From contig CM022677.1 in the NCBI GenBank assembly GCA_012295275.1, positions 11,160,001-11,224,000 of the forward strand: DNA of 64,000 nucleotides, read 5' to 3'. The notes under the pieces are model-generated. The model ran no database searches. It was given only the letters and a program-made list of their open reading frames with translations, and was not told the DNA's origin. A program made the translations under genes and the position numbers. Of the stretch, positions 1 to 15,660 are shown in pieces; within the stretch, counting starts at the first letter, position 1, and every line of letters begins with the position of its first letter. This stretch comes from Chrysomallon squamiferum (lineage: Eukaryota; Animalia; Mollusca).

Positions 1-558
1 ACAGGCATGTTTTCTATGATGTAACTTACAAAGTGTAATATTAACTATGTAAGATTTCTCCTAGTAGAATAAAATGTAACTGTAAGTGAGGCAAACATAA
101 TAAAACATCAGGTTATTTTCACTCAGTATCAATTTATAATGTAAACGTCGCTGGTTTTATGTATTAATGTGAATTAATGTAATCTGTTCTTCTGTTAATG
201 AAATACCACATTTATATCGATCTGACCTTTTATTTTATAGTGGCATTCAGCGCTGGACTTCTAAATTTAGAAATAAATAACTGAATGACTAGATATACAG
301 GGGAAGCAATCTTTTGCAAACTATTATTCTGTTAAACTGAGATACAATTTCTTCGCAACAAAAAAATTAAAAATTAAAATTAATACTGAACAGGTGAGAA
401 GTTACACTTTACTTGAATCACACAATTTGAGATTGCAAAGCAGACGACATTAAAATTAAAATTCACAGAGATAAGCGAAGTTTTCTGTTTTGTAAAACGC
501 GACGTAATTCACGTTTTATATATAAATTGTGCAGTCAGTATTAAAATTAAAATTATAT

Positions 559-589
<31 letters not shown>

Positions 590-1007
590 TTTCAATTAAA
601 CATAATCAATGTAAACAGTAGTATTCGTACTATTAAAACTAATTTATAAAACTGAAATCTTGTTAATTTATAGAACGTAAATTCCATCCAGCAATTTGTC
701 CGTAGAAAACTACACTGTACGTCAAAGTTTCATGTTTCAGTAAATACTCAAATACGATTTGTATCATGACTCGACTTTTGGGAGAACAAAACTGGACAGC
801 AGAATTTTTACTGAAGCACGTGTTATCCAGACAGTCAGCTACACGTCTGCACAGCCCGACTTGTCTTCAAAAGTTTCACCCAAACGTTTCTTCACAAAAC
901 ACTCGCCGTTGTATAGGTCGAACAACTACCATATTTCTTAAAACATTTCGTTAAATATTAATCACCAGAAAAATGTAATTAAAAACACAGTCTGTGGTGT
1001 AATTATT

Positions 1008-1491
1008 GAAAATCACCTTCATCGTTCTTCTGCTTAGAAAAAGTGTATTTCCTAAAATACATATAACGCTTTGTCTGGAAGTAAAATAATAATCTTTTCT
1101 TCTATTACTACTACTGTCAGGAAGATATTTAGTTGTATCTGTAATCATAATGTGATTTTGTTTCTTGTATAATCTCTAATACAGTCGATACAAAATGACG
1201 TTAATCCACAAGCGCACAATAATTCTGATTATCCACTGATCTTCTATAAAACAAAATATTTATCTTGCGCATTCTACATTAGTAAATGTAAGTAATGTGT
1301 GAAGTTATAAAATGTCATATTATTAATCTATCCTCTTCTCACCTTTTCAAGTACAATCCTACATTGGCGACTAAAAAAAAAAAAAAAAAAAAAATCCAGA
1401 AGCCCATTTAATATATTCAATATACACCTCTCACCTACATACTAAATTATAAATAATGATTTTTATTATACGATGTAAATGTTTATTTATT

Positions 1492-1541
<50 letters not shown>

Positions 1542-2019
1542 CATAAATAATTGTCTCGCTCATAAAAGAGGATTGAAAAGTGGATATCTCCAGTGTACTT
1601 GTCTGTGTGAAGCTATAGCTACGTCATAAAATATACTGACATCCAGACTGGAGCGATTGTGTTAACTTTTCAAGTGTTAATTAATGAAAATCACCTTCAT
1701 CTTTCTCCATCTCACTGACTCCAGCTTAGAAAAAGTATATTTGTAAAATATACCCAACGCTTTGCCAGGAATTTAAAAATAATACTTTCTTCTATTACTA
1801 CTTCTGTCAGGAGGAGAAAAACAACAATACGAAAACACCCCACGAAAAAACAGTATTCTAGCCTAAACATTACAGGTGTTATTTTACTGTGAAAACTGTG
1901 TGTACATTCAGAGATATAGATTGGGGTTTCGGGTTAGCGTGTTTTTATAAACAACAGTAGAATTATATGTGAAATCCAAAATGTCGAGAACGCTTCCATA
2001 CTAATGAAAGACATAATTA

Positions 2020-2069
<50 letters not shown>

Positions 2070-2490
2070 TTGAGCGTCTCAAATAAATGTCTGACTCAGT
2101 TCCACCTTTTTATTTTTATGTAAACAAAAGCGATGATGTAAGACTGGAGCGATGATGTTAACTTTTCAAGTGTTATGGATATTGAGAAGTAAAGAAATCG
2201 AATAAAGATTACTATTGTTGTTGTCGTTGTCGTTGTTGTTGTTGTTTTTTTGTGTGTACTGTAGCATTATAGTAAACATTACAGGTGTGATTGTACTGTG
2301 AAAACACAGTGTACATTCAGAAATGTAGATTGGGCTTCCAGGTTAACGTGTTTTTATAAACAACAGTAGAATTATATGTGAATATCGAGAAGGCTTCCAT
2401 ACTAATGTGATATTTTATTAACAGAACTTGTTTCACAGAACAGATAAGTAGGAGTAATTTTACACAGCGTTATGAAAATAACTTCAGTAC
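1008..2490. repeat. Patchwork of short diverged direct repeats (interspersed repeat remnant)
   Basis: 1008-1122 resembles 1686-1812; 1645-1678 resembles 2141-2174; 1863-2007 resembles 2273-2407. A further diverged copy lies at ~19826-19960. Confidence 0.7.
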
Positions 2491-4746
2491 CGCCATCACT
2501 ATTTATGTTCCATGTTTTATGTTGTAAACAGCGGTAATATTATGTATTGAAAAATAGAGGTATTGTTTTTTTTTTATTAACAGTATTAGATAATTTTATT
2601 TTGCATAATAAATAAATAAATAAATAATAAGCTTAATTTTTGTTTAACAGTATAACCTATCTAACAAGTTGAATAATGAATCAACGTTTAATAATGCGTA
2701 TTATTCTCATTTATTTTTTTATTAAGATAGTAGAATTGCAGTTGAGAGGTGAGAGGCTAGATTATGATGAATTAATTTCACCATGTTACTGATATTTGCA
2801 AGTGCATCTTTCTCAAATACTAGAAAAGTCTAAAATATAGAGAAACATTAATACACGTGTTTATTATTAAAAGTAAAGTGAAAAGGCGAGGATGCGCGAG
2901 ATGAATCTTGTTTATTGTAACACAAGTTCTGTAAATATACTGCGCTGTTACAGATTAATTCTTAATTAACTGTAGAAAGTGATATTCTATTATCTCACCT
3001 AAAAATTAAATTGATAATTAGACAATTAATATTCAACTAGATAAAATCTATTAATATATATTAATGTAAAACATTACGGTTCTTTCGCTGAATTTAAATG
3101 TATTAGTATAAACAGGTCTGGTTGAAGCAAATAAACTGTAAATGTTCTCGTTCAGTTACATTATATGTGGTAAACAGCGTTCATCATAATAACAAGAACA
3201 TATTTTTGTTCATTACTGCAATACAAAGGACATTTCTGTTGCCGTTTACAGGTACAAATAAATAAATAAATGAATAAATTTATTAACATTAATATTAATA
3301 TCTAAGATGCTTCAGTATTTTAGGCATACACAGAACCTCTCCCAGTGAGATAAAATATCATCGCTGCTTTATTATCAATGTTTTCTGGAGTGTTTATCAT
3401 TTCTTTTACTGACGTTTTAATTACAGCGACACCTGCACTTACCACTGTAATCTGAGAGGTAGATAGGTAAGTGGATAGACAGATAGACAGACAGATAGAT
3501 GGAGAGTGAGACAGACAGACATATATAGACATAAATCCATAGACAGACATTATAGACACATAGACAGACTGGAAAACCCAAAACTGAACTGAATAATTAA
3601 AATGACGAATAAAAGAAAAGTTGTGAAAAGCGAGGTTCATGTGAAATTTCATAATAATGAATGTACAAACATTTTCTTACAAGTTCATTTGCCTATGAAA
3701 TGTAAAATGTCTATCTATCTCTATGTCCATCAATGTATCTGTCTCTCTATTATTTAACTATATACATAAACACACTCTCACTGATATGAACTTACGTATA
3801 TAACTATCCTCCAAGGCAAACACGTATACCAAACTATTTCTTTTCTGTGTGTGTCTGTCTGTGTATGTGTGTGTGTGTCTATCTCTCTATCTGTTTATTT
3901 GTTGAAAATTGTTTGTTTCTTTATAATGACGACTGTAATACTGACATAACGATATTAACGATAAAAACAACAACACTAATTGCAATAATACTACTTAAAA
4001 GTATAAATAAAAGTGGTGGAGTAAAATAAAAAGCATATTTCTTGCCTAATTATCACATATTAATCACGTTTCTTCTGTTGAACTTAAAAACCGATTATAT
4101 GTTTACCTGTTACAATTTATCACTAACCTTATGAAACTTCAAAATGCAGTATAGCGGATGCAAGTCATAATATACCTCGGAGGCCAGAATTGCCCTGAGG
4201 CCAGATTTACCCCAACTTACTACTAGTTTTTCAAGCGACTTGAATTAATTTTTTATTTTATTTTATTTTTTTTTTAAATTTTACTCAACACTCAGTCTTT
4301 CTTGTATATTTACCAATGTGAGTGTTAAATAGAGTTGTTTCTCTTAGACCACGAACTTCTGAAATAGATTAGTCCTCGCATATGCGAGGTAACGGTAAAT
4401 TAGATTTGCTGCTTTTAGATGAAAATAAACAATTCTGTATAATGTTTTCTAGCCTACAGAACCAGCTTATTAACATTCCCTGCGTTTTCCTTTTCTTTTA
4501 ACAAACCAGTTTCCTGTATTTTTGGTTTATTTAACGTGATATTATTATTTGATGAATTATTGTAAAATTGCTATTTCATTTAATGGTTTTCATTTAATTT
4601 TCTTTATTTATTTTCTTTATTTTAGTTGAAAAATTAGAGCGGAAAGGCGCAAGAGATCACGTTTTTGTACAACCATCTTTATCAGTGTAAATCATAAAAA
4701 GTTCAGAAAATAGACGTAAAATAATTGTATTTGGAAATTCAATACG

Positions 4747-4792
4747 TTCCGTGAGCTCACGGAAACTTCCGATCGAACTCCAAGATGGCAGC
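4747..4792 (+). promoter_or_regulatory. 18-bp palindrome plus ETS-like and YY1-like motifs (candidate promoter or transposon relic)
   Basis: ttccgtgagctcacggaa is a perfect palindrome (4747-4764); acttccg follows (4765-4771), then caagatggcagc (4781-4792; YY1 consensus CAAGATGGCGGC). Context is CpG-containing. Confidence 0.3.
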
Positions 4793-5327
4793 ATCGAACG
4801 CCGATCAATATTTACACTTTTAAACATGTAGACCTTTATAATGCAATAATTCTACATGGATCATTAAAAGTAATTTGGAGAAGTATGTCATATAACCAAT
4901 GCCTCTTATACATAGATGGCTAATACTCTGTAGCAATTGCTGAAAACGTGGTAACATTTCTTTTTTTTATTCTTTTTTTTTTTGCTGACGTTGACATAAT
5001 ATACCATCTCGTACCCATTCCGTAATATGTTTATTTGTTTCCACTTTTTATTTCGACATCGTTAGCCAAGAAAAAAAAAAAAAAAAAAAAAAAACTTTTT
5101 AAAAATAAGTAAAAAATAATAATAATAATAACTGTAATAAAATAAATTAAAATGACATAAATAATTTTCACTGACGCTGGTTGGAGGGAAGGATCTATCC
5201 ATATAGATACACACACATATATACATACATACATACATACACACACACATGTATAGGAATAACAATATATTTGTACGTTTAGAAGATGATTAGTATGTAT
5301 ATGTATATAAAAGGATAAGTAACTACA

Positions 5328-5377
<50 letters not shown>

Positions 5378-7562
5378 TGAAAAAGAGTGGATAGATGGTA
5401 GATGATAACAGACAGGTAACTTGGTAGACAGAAGAAAGATAAATAGATTACTAGAAAGATAGATAGATGCAAGGAGACATCAGTATACACCTGTACAACT
5501 GAAAGAACGACGGACTCTGTTGCTTATGTATATGGCATAAACAGATAAATAAATATATTTATAGATAGATAACTAGGTAGAAAGAGTGTATTTAAATACT
5601 TAAAAAGGATGTAAATAGAGAGAGTGAATACGTGTGTGTCTGTGTGTGTTTGTGTGAGTGCAAGATAGACTGCGGCTATGTATAACTCAGAAGGTGAGAT
5701 AGATTGATATAGAGATAGTTAGACATCGTTTCAGAGATAAATTGATATGTTAGGTAGACAATAATTAGGTACATATGTAGATAGATATATACAGCTAACA
5801 TAGACAAACTGATGTGTATGTGTATGCATAAATATATGTGTTTTTGTGGATTTATGAGAGTCAGATGATTCATAGAGAGATAATAAATAAATATATGAGT
5901 GAATAGATTTATGTGTATATATATATGTGTGTGTGTGTTAGAGAGGATAGATATAGATGGATGGATGGACACACACACACGAACATATACACCATATAAA
6001 CAACATACATAGGTACATAGCTACATAGGTTCATAATCATGAGTATTTTTATTTATGTCAGAGGATTGATATATAACTGAATGTATGAATAAGACTATGT
6101 TTGTTTATATGGGTGTTAGATTGCAGTTAGATAGCTAGACTGAGAGAGACTGATATGTAGGTGTGGTTATATGTGTTTGTGTGTTATAGAGAGAGAACAG
6201 GTATTGACCTCACTAGGAAACAGAGAAGTATGCCATGTGTGTATGATTTTTCAGATATAGATACAGACAGGCATATAGACAGGCATATAGACAGGCAGAT
6301 ATATAGATATAGACAGGCATATAAATAAATATAGATATAGACAGACAGACAGACAGAGGATAGTGATGAAAAAATGGTTAGCTAGACAGGTAATGGACAC
6401 ATGTATATGAGTAAGAAAATCATATGATTTCTTCATTAAAGTCTGTTTCTATGTTAGAAAGAGGTGAGCAGGTGCGAGATTAAGCTAAACCACAGGTTCA
6501 CCAATAAATAGATAGATAGATAGAAAAATAGCCAGAGAAATTGATGATGAAATAAAACAAATATATAGATAGACCGATAGATATATAGAAACATGCAGGT
6601 AAATAAGGATGGATGGAGTGTTAGATGGAGGGATGGATGAAAGTTTTGGTGCAAGCAAGAACTGTGCAAATAATAAAAGGATAAAAAGACGGAAAGATGG
6701 ACTGAAAGGTTTTCAGTTATATCAGACATTATTACATTGGTAACAATGAGGTCCTCATTGTAGGTTCATGGATTGAGTGATATATCAATGGAATTTGGTT
6801 TAATATATAAACTGTGAGAGAGAGAGAGAGAGAGAGAGCAGGTACAAAAAGTGAAGCATTTTATAGATAGAAAGTCTGACAGCCAGCTAGATTGATACAT
6901 TGAAACACAGAGAGCAGACACATTTAAAAATGTATTTAACAATGACAGTAAATTTTGGAATAAATGATGAAATATTTTAATATTTGATATAAAGAATTGT
7001 CAAAAGACATCACCTTGAAAGACTGAGTATATTGAAATGTCTTGTGTATTCTTAGCTTCTAGGAATTATTTTACTATTAATATGTCATTGATAATCCAAA
7101 CAAAAACTTTCTGTCCACTGGTCTATCCCCTATGTCCATCCACCATAATGCTTTCTCTAAAATGTCCCTATTTGTATATCTTCCTGTGTGTATGTCTGCT
7201 GTCTGTCTTTCAATAGACAGATACACAGACAAACACATCTATCTACCTACGTATGGATGAATAAATGTTATCTCTGTCTCTTTACCTCTCTGTTTCTCAA
7301 TCTGTCAGTCAAGCAGTGTGGAACTGTCTGTGTGCCATTCTATGTACCTACCACTCGGTCTATCTGTCAAATTACATATTACTCATAATTTATCCAAAAC
7401 TATAGTTGAACATTTTTGGGTGAATACAAGATTTTCACTTATATTAATTTGCACACAACAGGTTTTATTCATCTATTTCTCTATCAGTCTATATGTAATG
7501 TTCTAAATCTGTCCTTCTAGGTTTCAATCTACAAATCAATTTACTGCCAGTCAGTGTGTATA

Positions 7563-8205
7563 TCTCTTTATCTATCTATAAAACACATACACAAACATAA
7601 TTCAGTCTAATTCACATAATCATTACCATCTCTTTATCTATCTATAAAACACATACACAAACATAACTCTCTAATTCACATACTCATTACCATCTCTTTA
7701 TCTATCTATAAAACACATACACAAACATAATTCAGTCTAATTCACATACTCATTACCATCTTTTTATCTATCTATAAAACACATACACAAACATAACTCA
7801 CTCTAATTCACATACTCATTACCATCTCTTTATCTATCTATAAAACACATACACAAACATAACTCATTCTAATTCACATATTCATCTCTTTATCTATCTA
7901 TGAAACACATACACAAACATAATTCAGTCTAATTCATATACTCATTACCATCTCTTTATCTATCTATAAAACACATACACAAACATAATTCACTCTAATT
8001 CACATATTCATCTCTTTATCTATCTATGAAACACATACACAAACATAATTCACTCTAATTCACATACTCATTACCATCTCTTTATCTATCTATAAAACAC
8101 ATGCACAAACATAATTCACTCTAATTAACATACTCATTACCATCTCTTTATCTATCTATCTAACACATACACAACCATAACTCACTCTAATTCACATACT
8201 CCCAT
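7563..8205. repeat. 66-bp minisatellite, ~10 copies (some 60-bp variants)
   Basis: Unit tctctttatctatctataaaacacatacacaaacataattcagtctaattcacatactcattacca starts at about 7563, 7629, 7693, 7759, 7825, 7885, 7951, 8011, 8077, 8143. Confidence 0.95.
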
Positions 8206-10769
8206 CCTATCTCACTAACACATTAACATACTAACACTTTCTTCCTCACACACATATCAGCATAGCTCTCTACATATCTCCATATCTGTCTGTATGTCTG
8301 TCATCTACATCTCTTCCTCTGTCAATCTCTCTCACTAATTGTATATCCCTCTCATTATACATATCTCTCTGTTTGTCATCTTCCAGTCCATATTTTCATC
8401 TATCTCTCTCTCTCAAAAATACATGCACACTCCTGCACACACACTATGCATATATACCCATTTTCTCTCAATAATAAAAAAATCATATTCACAAGTTACT
8501 TATGCATACATGCATACATATCATATCTAACACTTAGCTAGATGAATGTGACAGTGTAGGAGGGAGACAGGCAAATACAGAAGGATGAAGTTCTCTTTGT
8601 CCTCCCAGTATTGGTGAATTTACTTTGACAATATTTTTATTTTTGAAGAACTTCATTCACTTGGTGTGAACACTGTCAGTGTGTATTGAAACAGTCACAT
8701 TTTGTTGGATTGTTCTCATTTACAATCATTTAAACATCAGCTTTTTCAAAATATGGTCTTATCTTGATTCTTTTATCACTTTATTTTATGTATATAATGA
8801 ACTGCTTCTAAGTAGTTCTCAGTAGACATGGATCACTCAACATGCAGTGTTGTTTATGCACATCAGAACTCAGTGAAAATTTACATGAAGCTGTTAATAA
8901 AGATCAGTAACTCACTGTACATCATATTGAAACTTAGAATATTTATTTGTCAAAATAAATAAATTATTTTCTTAATCTTTTTCTATTAACGGTTTACACT
9001 TTGTAAAATGTAAATATTTGTCATTTTATTTTAAAGAGTAATTAGTGATATTTAGAGGTTGTTAAATGTACAAATATTGAGAGTGATTGTGTGAAATACT
9101 GATTTGTCTTCACAGATATCTTATAAAGTACACACAAAACACAGTCTATGCTGTCACACAATTAGAACAAAATATTTTATATTTCAATATATCATCCTGT
9201 AATTAACCACATTTCTGCTCATCCAACTACACATGCTTCTATTCATTTATTCTTTCATTCGTCCAGCATTTATCACATTCAGTGAGTTATTCTATTTGGA
9301 TATTATGTGAATGTATCATCTATCCTTATCTCTAACCAGGCTAACATTTTACTTTATCCATTCATATCTCTTATTCATTGTCCATCCATCTTTCAATCCT
9401 GTACTTCCACACGTATACAGTGATTAATCTAAGCACAAACAATCACATCAAGCTGAAACATCCAGTTTATCATAAATGTCATCCTGTAACTGAAACATTC
9501 TCTCCTGCACTCATCCAGTCTGATTATTTATATCAAAAAAATAAATAAATAAATAAATAAATAATATCTATCCTGATCAACAGCTCCACCCAGTGTCTCA
9601 GAGGAACACCCTGTCACAACTGCTCACCATCATCACACACACACACACACACACACACTCGTACACATACACGCACGCACACCACTCACAAAACACACAT
9701 TATACATATATACATAATTACATAATATTACAGACACCACAAATACACACACAAACACATGCACACACTCACATATATACTGAATAGGCTACAAACATAA
9801 ACAGTCTCACAGACAGATTATATACATACACGTGCACATGAACAAAAACGTAACATACCCGTTTCATACATATAGTCATAAAATACACAATCCCATATGT
9901 ACTATTACTGTAATACACATGCACATACATGTGCTAATATGCAAACATAAACACATATACAGTCATGTTTTAAACTTGTCACATATACTCATTCACCTAG
10001 ACAGACATATACACACCAGCAATAATCAACAACTCCACCCTGTGTTTCATACACACACACACCTATACGTACATACATACACATACATACATACATAGAT
10101 ACACACACATTGCATATCTACAAACACAGTCACGTTTTAATCTAGTCACATATTCATATAGACATATACTCACCAACATTAACTTGTGAATACACATAAT
10201 ATACAAAAACACAAACACACACATACACACACACACACACACACTGTAGTTGACATCTATCATTCACACTGAGAGTATCACAGACACTCTATGTATCTGT
10301 TCTTTCTGATTAACATACCATCTCTTTCCATGTCTCTTTAAATTCCTGTCTTTTACAGTGTATTGCATTCTACTGCTTTAGAGCCGCAATGTAACTTTAT
10401 CTTAAGTCTGAAACCAGTTATACCCTTTTATATAAATACACACATACACACACAAACACACACACACACACAGACACAAACACTCAGACATAAATACATT
10501 TTACAGTAATTACTTTTATTCTGAGATGATCTACACAGACTACAAACTAATCAGTGTTTCAGTGTAAACTAACACTGCATGTCTCTCTCTACACCAACTT
10601 AAACTGCTAAGTCAAAGTTTACCATTCTACCTCTAGTTATCAATATAACTTTACCTCAAGTCTTTAATATTCTTAATAAAAAAAGGCTTTTAATCTGGAA
10701 ACCCTTTCTGTATTTTTTCTATTTATACTCACCACTCCTAGTCAAAGACTATCATTACATAATATTAAC

Positions 10770-10803
<34 letters not shown>

Positions 10804-13489
10804 GCAATAATAGTAACAGTAATAATAATTGTAATAATAATAATAGTAATAATTATAGTAAAATAATAATAAAAATGATAATAATAAGAGTAATAGTAAT
10901 AATAATTACAATAGTAGTAATAATAATGACAATGATAATGATATGATGATGATGATAATAATAATAATAGTAATAATAATAATAATAATAATAGCCTTTT
11001 TCTTTTCATTAAAATGAAATTCAAACCACCAAGTAAAGAGGTGCACATACACACACACACACACACACAAATACACACACACACACACATGCATATACAC
11101 ACACACATGCATATACACACACATGACCACAAACACTTAGATACTTTTAATTTATGACTTTGTTATTTAACAACAAAATTAATCATGCTAGTACATGAAA
11201 TGAAACATTCGGATAATGTGAATTTTTTTCTTCTCTAACATATAAACTAATAAAAACAAATTAATATAAATACATTACACAGACCTTTGTAAGAGCCCCC
11301 ACCCAACATTTTTTTTTTTAAATAAAAAAAAAGAGTTTTGTTTACATTAGAGATTCAATGTGTGGAACTTTAATCCATAATGTATCAAAGAATTTGTATT
11401 AAATTTTAAGATAAACAGAATTTTTATTTCTCACTTTTAATACAACAAAAGACAAATAATGAATAATAAAATATCTTGTACTATACATAAAAAGTTGTAT
11501 AAAGAGGAATCAGTATAAACATGTTCCAAGAACACTATATTTCAACTTGTATCTGTTAATATGTGATAAATAATTAAAATATAAACAAAATATTTACAGT
11601 GGATTCTATAATAACAGGAGACATTTTTTATATAATTGTTATTATTTTTAAAATATTTAAATAATTCTCATTGTTACTGCAATAAAACATATAACAAAAA
11701 ATGTATCATTAAATTACATCCAAAAAAAAAAAAAAAAAAAAGAAAAGAGAAAGAACACATGACTGAAATAATTTACTTTTCATATCTAAAAATAAAAATA
11801 CAAGCAGAATAATTTTTCATACAGTAAGGATGATAAAATTAGAAACAGATATTTACAATCAGACATAGTATTTTCATGTATATCTTCAAATGTCTATCAA
11901 ATGATTTTATGTCAAAAAAATAATGTTGTTTTTTGTTATAAACAAATTCTAATTATCCCTAATTACATAATTTTAAATATATTTATACAATGATTACCCA
12001 TAGCAACCCTTGATTTTCCCCGATTTAAAATAGACAAAGAAAGAAAAAGAAAAAAAATTTAAATTTTTTTTGATGAGTTTCTTCTTTTTTTTTATGAAAA
12101 ATTCTAATTACTGTAATTACCTAATTTTAAATATATTTACATTGATTATCCCAGCAAACCCTTCATTTTCCCCGATTTAAATAATACAAAACTTATTAAA
12201 AATGTTTACACCTCTATGCACTAATTTTAGCTTGTTTACAAAGATGGCATTCCATAGCAGTGATGAATCTCCATTCCTCTTTCAGTGAGAAAAATTAGAA
12301 CAACCAAGCACACATCAAAGATAAAAACAGTGCAAGCTGCTATGAAGTACAATGTGAACACTGGATGTTCTGATCACATTGACAATGCAGTCTCTTGGAG
12401 ATCACTCAATTTTTGAAATTCAAATTACATTTCAGACAGATTTTCTCTTGAAAGTGTTGAGCTTTCTCTGGACAGGGAAGACTGTGATGTAATAGCATTA
12501 TTGTGATCTAGTGAACCTCTCCTGAAAATGTGTCTTACAACATTTTCAACTGAAGTGCTGGCTGAGGCAGCTTGAATCTGTTGTCTAGGATCCTACAACA
12601 AAATATCATATTCATTAATAAACTAATCATAAAATAAAGTGCAAGTAGTATTTTTGTTGTCAGTTCTAACTGAATTTCACTGTCTTAGCAAGAACATTTT
12701 TAGACCATATTTTTGTTTCTTCCATACAATTTTAATAATAAAAATATTTTATTAAATGTTTTTATATTCTTAATTTGAATCATTTTTTTTTTTTTTTTTA
12801 ACTTTGATATAAAAGGATTAAAATAGCAATACATCAGTAAAAGAGATTACAAAAATATGTTTTAATATATTTGAATAATTCTGTAACTCGGTCAACTCTG
12901 GTCTTCTAATACTGATTCCACTTGAAATTCTAAGATACTAACATGATGAAAATACATTTGAGATTATTCTGACAATCTTTAATTAACAATTAACAATCGT
13001 GATAGGTTACATCATAGACAACATTTGATTAATTAAAATATTTAATTATAATTTAATTTTGTGCTGCTAATGAAATATATTTCGTCTTATAAATAACCAC
13101 ATTTATCAGCTAACAGTTACAATAATGAATCATTTAGGTATATTTTAAAATGTATTTAAACATTACACATGCCTGTGATAAAATAAGAAAAGAAGCAAAA
13201 CCTAAATCTTTCAAGCCAATTTATGCATCTGTATGACCTTCAAATCCAGCAAAATTACATCTGTCTACTAAATTTCAAAATATTGTAAATATCTTTAGCC
13301 CTACCACATAAAGTAATAAATGTTTTTCAGATTAGAGTCAGATATTAATAACATCAAATTACATATTTATACAACTGTTCTGTTCACTACTCTATTAGGC
13401 TGACATGCAGATTATTACAAGTTTTGTTGAACCATTATTACATTGATTCGACTACTATCTAAACTAAATAACGTTTACAATATCAAGAT

Positions 13490-14113
13490 CTTTTATGAAA
13501 CATTTATATAAAATTATCAATACTATTCTGTACATTAAAATAAATTGTTGGCATTGCTACTTTTGATTAAATTCATTCTTAATGAATTGAGCTAAAAAAC
13601 ACAAAAGTGAATGAATAAAACATAGAGCAGCATTCAATCCACACATAGATATGGATCTTTCAGAACCTGGAGCAAAAAAAAATCAAAATAAACAGTTGTA
13701 CATATCATATTTTTAATTAAAAAACAAAACAAAAAACTCCACAAACTACTACAACAAATTTAAAAAAAAAAATACTGCAACTTTCACCTTTTAAATTGTC
13801 TTCTTTAAAGTTAAGTAACTAATACAAAATTCATTTTACTTTCCAATCATATTTAATAATTAATTGTCAGTTATTAAATTTGTAAAATTCATAGATTGTT
13901 GACTAAGAATTGCTAATAACATTACCTATTTCTGTACAATTGCTGCCAAAAGGCTTTTCCACTGACATTAACTGTTAACATTCAAGTAACATTACACTGA
14001 AAATAATAATGTATGTTTATAAAATAATAAGCATACATTTTATTAGTTCTGACATCATTTTGTGAACAGGAAACATAAAATTCCTGATAGACTGAGGATA
14101 TAGTGTAACATAT

Positions 14114-14159
<46 letters not shown>

Positions 14160-15660
14160 TGTGTGTGTGTGTGTGAGTGAATGAGTGTGTATGTTGTTTG
14201 ATATTTAGCATGTCTGTCTAAAAAATTACTTTTTGAAATAGGAAAATATCAGGCCTCTATCTGTTTTCATAAGCTTGTTATTTTATTTTCTGACTAAACT
14301 CAGTGAAGATTGTCTAGTATAATAAGTTAAACCTAAATACACAATCTCCAAAACAAAGAACCAACTCTAATTGAATAAATAATCTTTTTTCACGTACTGT
14401 TTATCACATCGAAAGATCTCAATGACAAATATCATTAATCTAAAATAACAAATAAATCACATCTTTAAGTAAAATTCTCAATAAATGCAGAATAAAAATT
14501 TACTTACTTTGACTTCTTCATCTGATAAGTTGGTGAACTGAAATAAAAATATACAGTTGAGACAGCTGTCCTAATGGGGAAACAAATCTGGATATTGCTG
14601 ATATTTTGCTAGTTAAGGAAAATGAAGGATGCAACACGAACTGCTGAACTCAAAAGGTGTTTCCTGAACTAATTTAACTAATGTCTGCAATGACTGAAAT
14701 AAGGAAACCTCAGCATAATATAAAATGTCAGTACAAATAAAATGCACATACATGCAAAAACACTCAATGATCAATGATTTCAGTAAACATAACTGAAGAC
14801 TAGGACTGAAGATATCATGTCATGTTACATGTAATTATACATGTTTTAATCAGGTGTTTGCTCAAACCTGTACGGTGGGGTTCAGTATACAAAATGCAGA
14901 CATTATTACACAGTCAGATGACTCTAACCCCAAAAACCAGATAGAAATACATTTAATACCACCTTGAAAATGACCAAGATGTAACCAGACTTGCTGATCA
15001 TAATTCATTGTGAAAAATCCCACAATAAAGGACAACTGATTTTTTTTGGGACAGAATAGAACTGATTCTAGTTTTAGACTTGAATAAAAATAAAAGTTTA
15101 CAGTCTGGCTACAACAATAAACTTATCCAGAATAATAATCTTTTAATCTGAAAAGATCAAGAGAATTCTAATCAATTAATTAACTGCTATGATTTTAAAA
15201 TGAGATGATATAATTAATTCAAACCACAAAAAAGTATTTTATGCCATTATTAAATTGATTCTATACTATCTAAAGTAAACATCATTTGTGAGAAATTTAT
15301 ATAAAATTTTCAATACTATTCTGTGCATAAAAATAAATTTTGCTACTTTTAATTAAATCCATCCTTAATCAAATGAGCTATAAAACATACCTTTATAGGA
15401 CATTGAATCCACACATACACATGGATATTTTATATCCTAGACAAAAAAAATTAAACTCATTCTTAATTAACAAAAATAAATAAAACAGTAGTTATATAGA
15501 TTATATTTTTAATTAAAAAAAAACAAAAAAACAAAACAAACAACACACACAGAAGCTACTACAACCTAAAAACAACAAATAAAACTTTCACCTTATAAAT
15601 TGTCTTCTTTAGTGTTGAAACACTAATATAAAAATGCATTTTAAACCCCAATACAATAAT
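13490..15660. repeat. Diverged direct duplication of a small exon with flanking intron (13490-13860 vs 15285-15660)
   Basis: Shared blocks such as tttatataaaatt.tcaatactattctgt, aatccacacata.a.atggat and actttcacctt.taaattgtcttcttta. Confidence 0.8.

Noticed and set aside
4178-4220. Tandem gaggccaga.tt.ccc motifs as a transposon end
   Set aside because: No partner terminal repeat or target-site duplication found in the window.
5031-11136. Many 60-125 aa ORFs rich in C/V/Y/H/T/I
   Set aside because: Translations of (CA)n, (GATA)n and (AAT)n low-complexity DNA; the same applies to poly-L/S/E/R/N ORFs elsewhere in the window.
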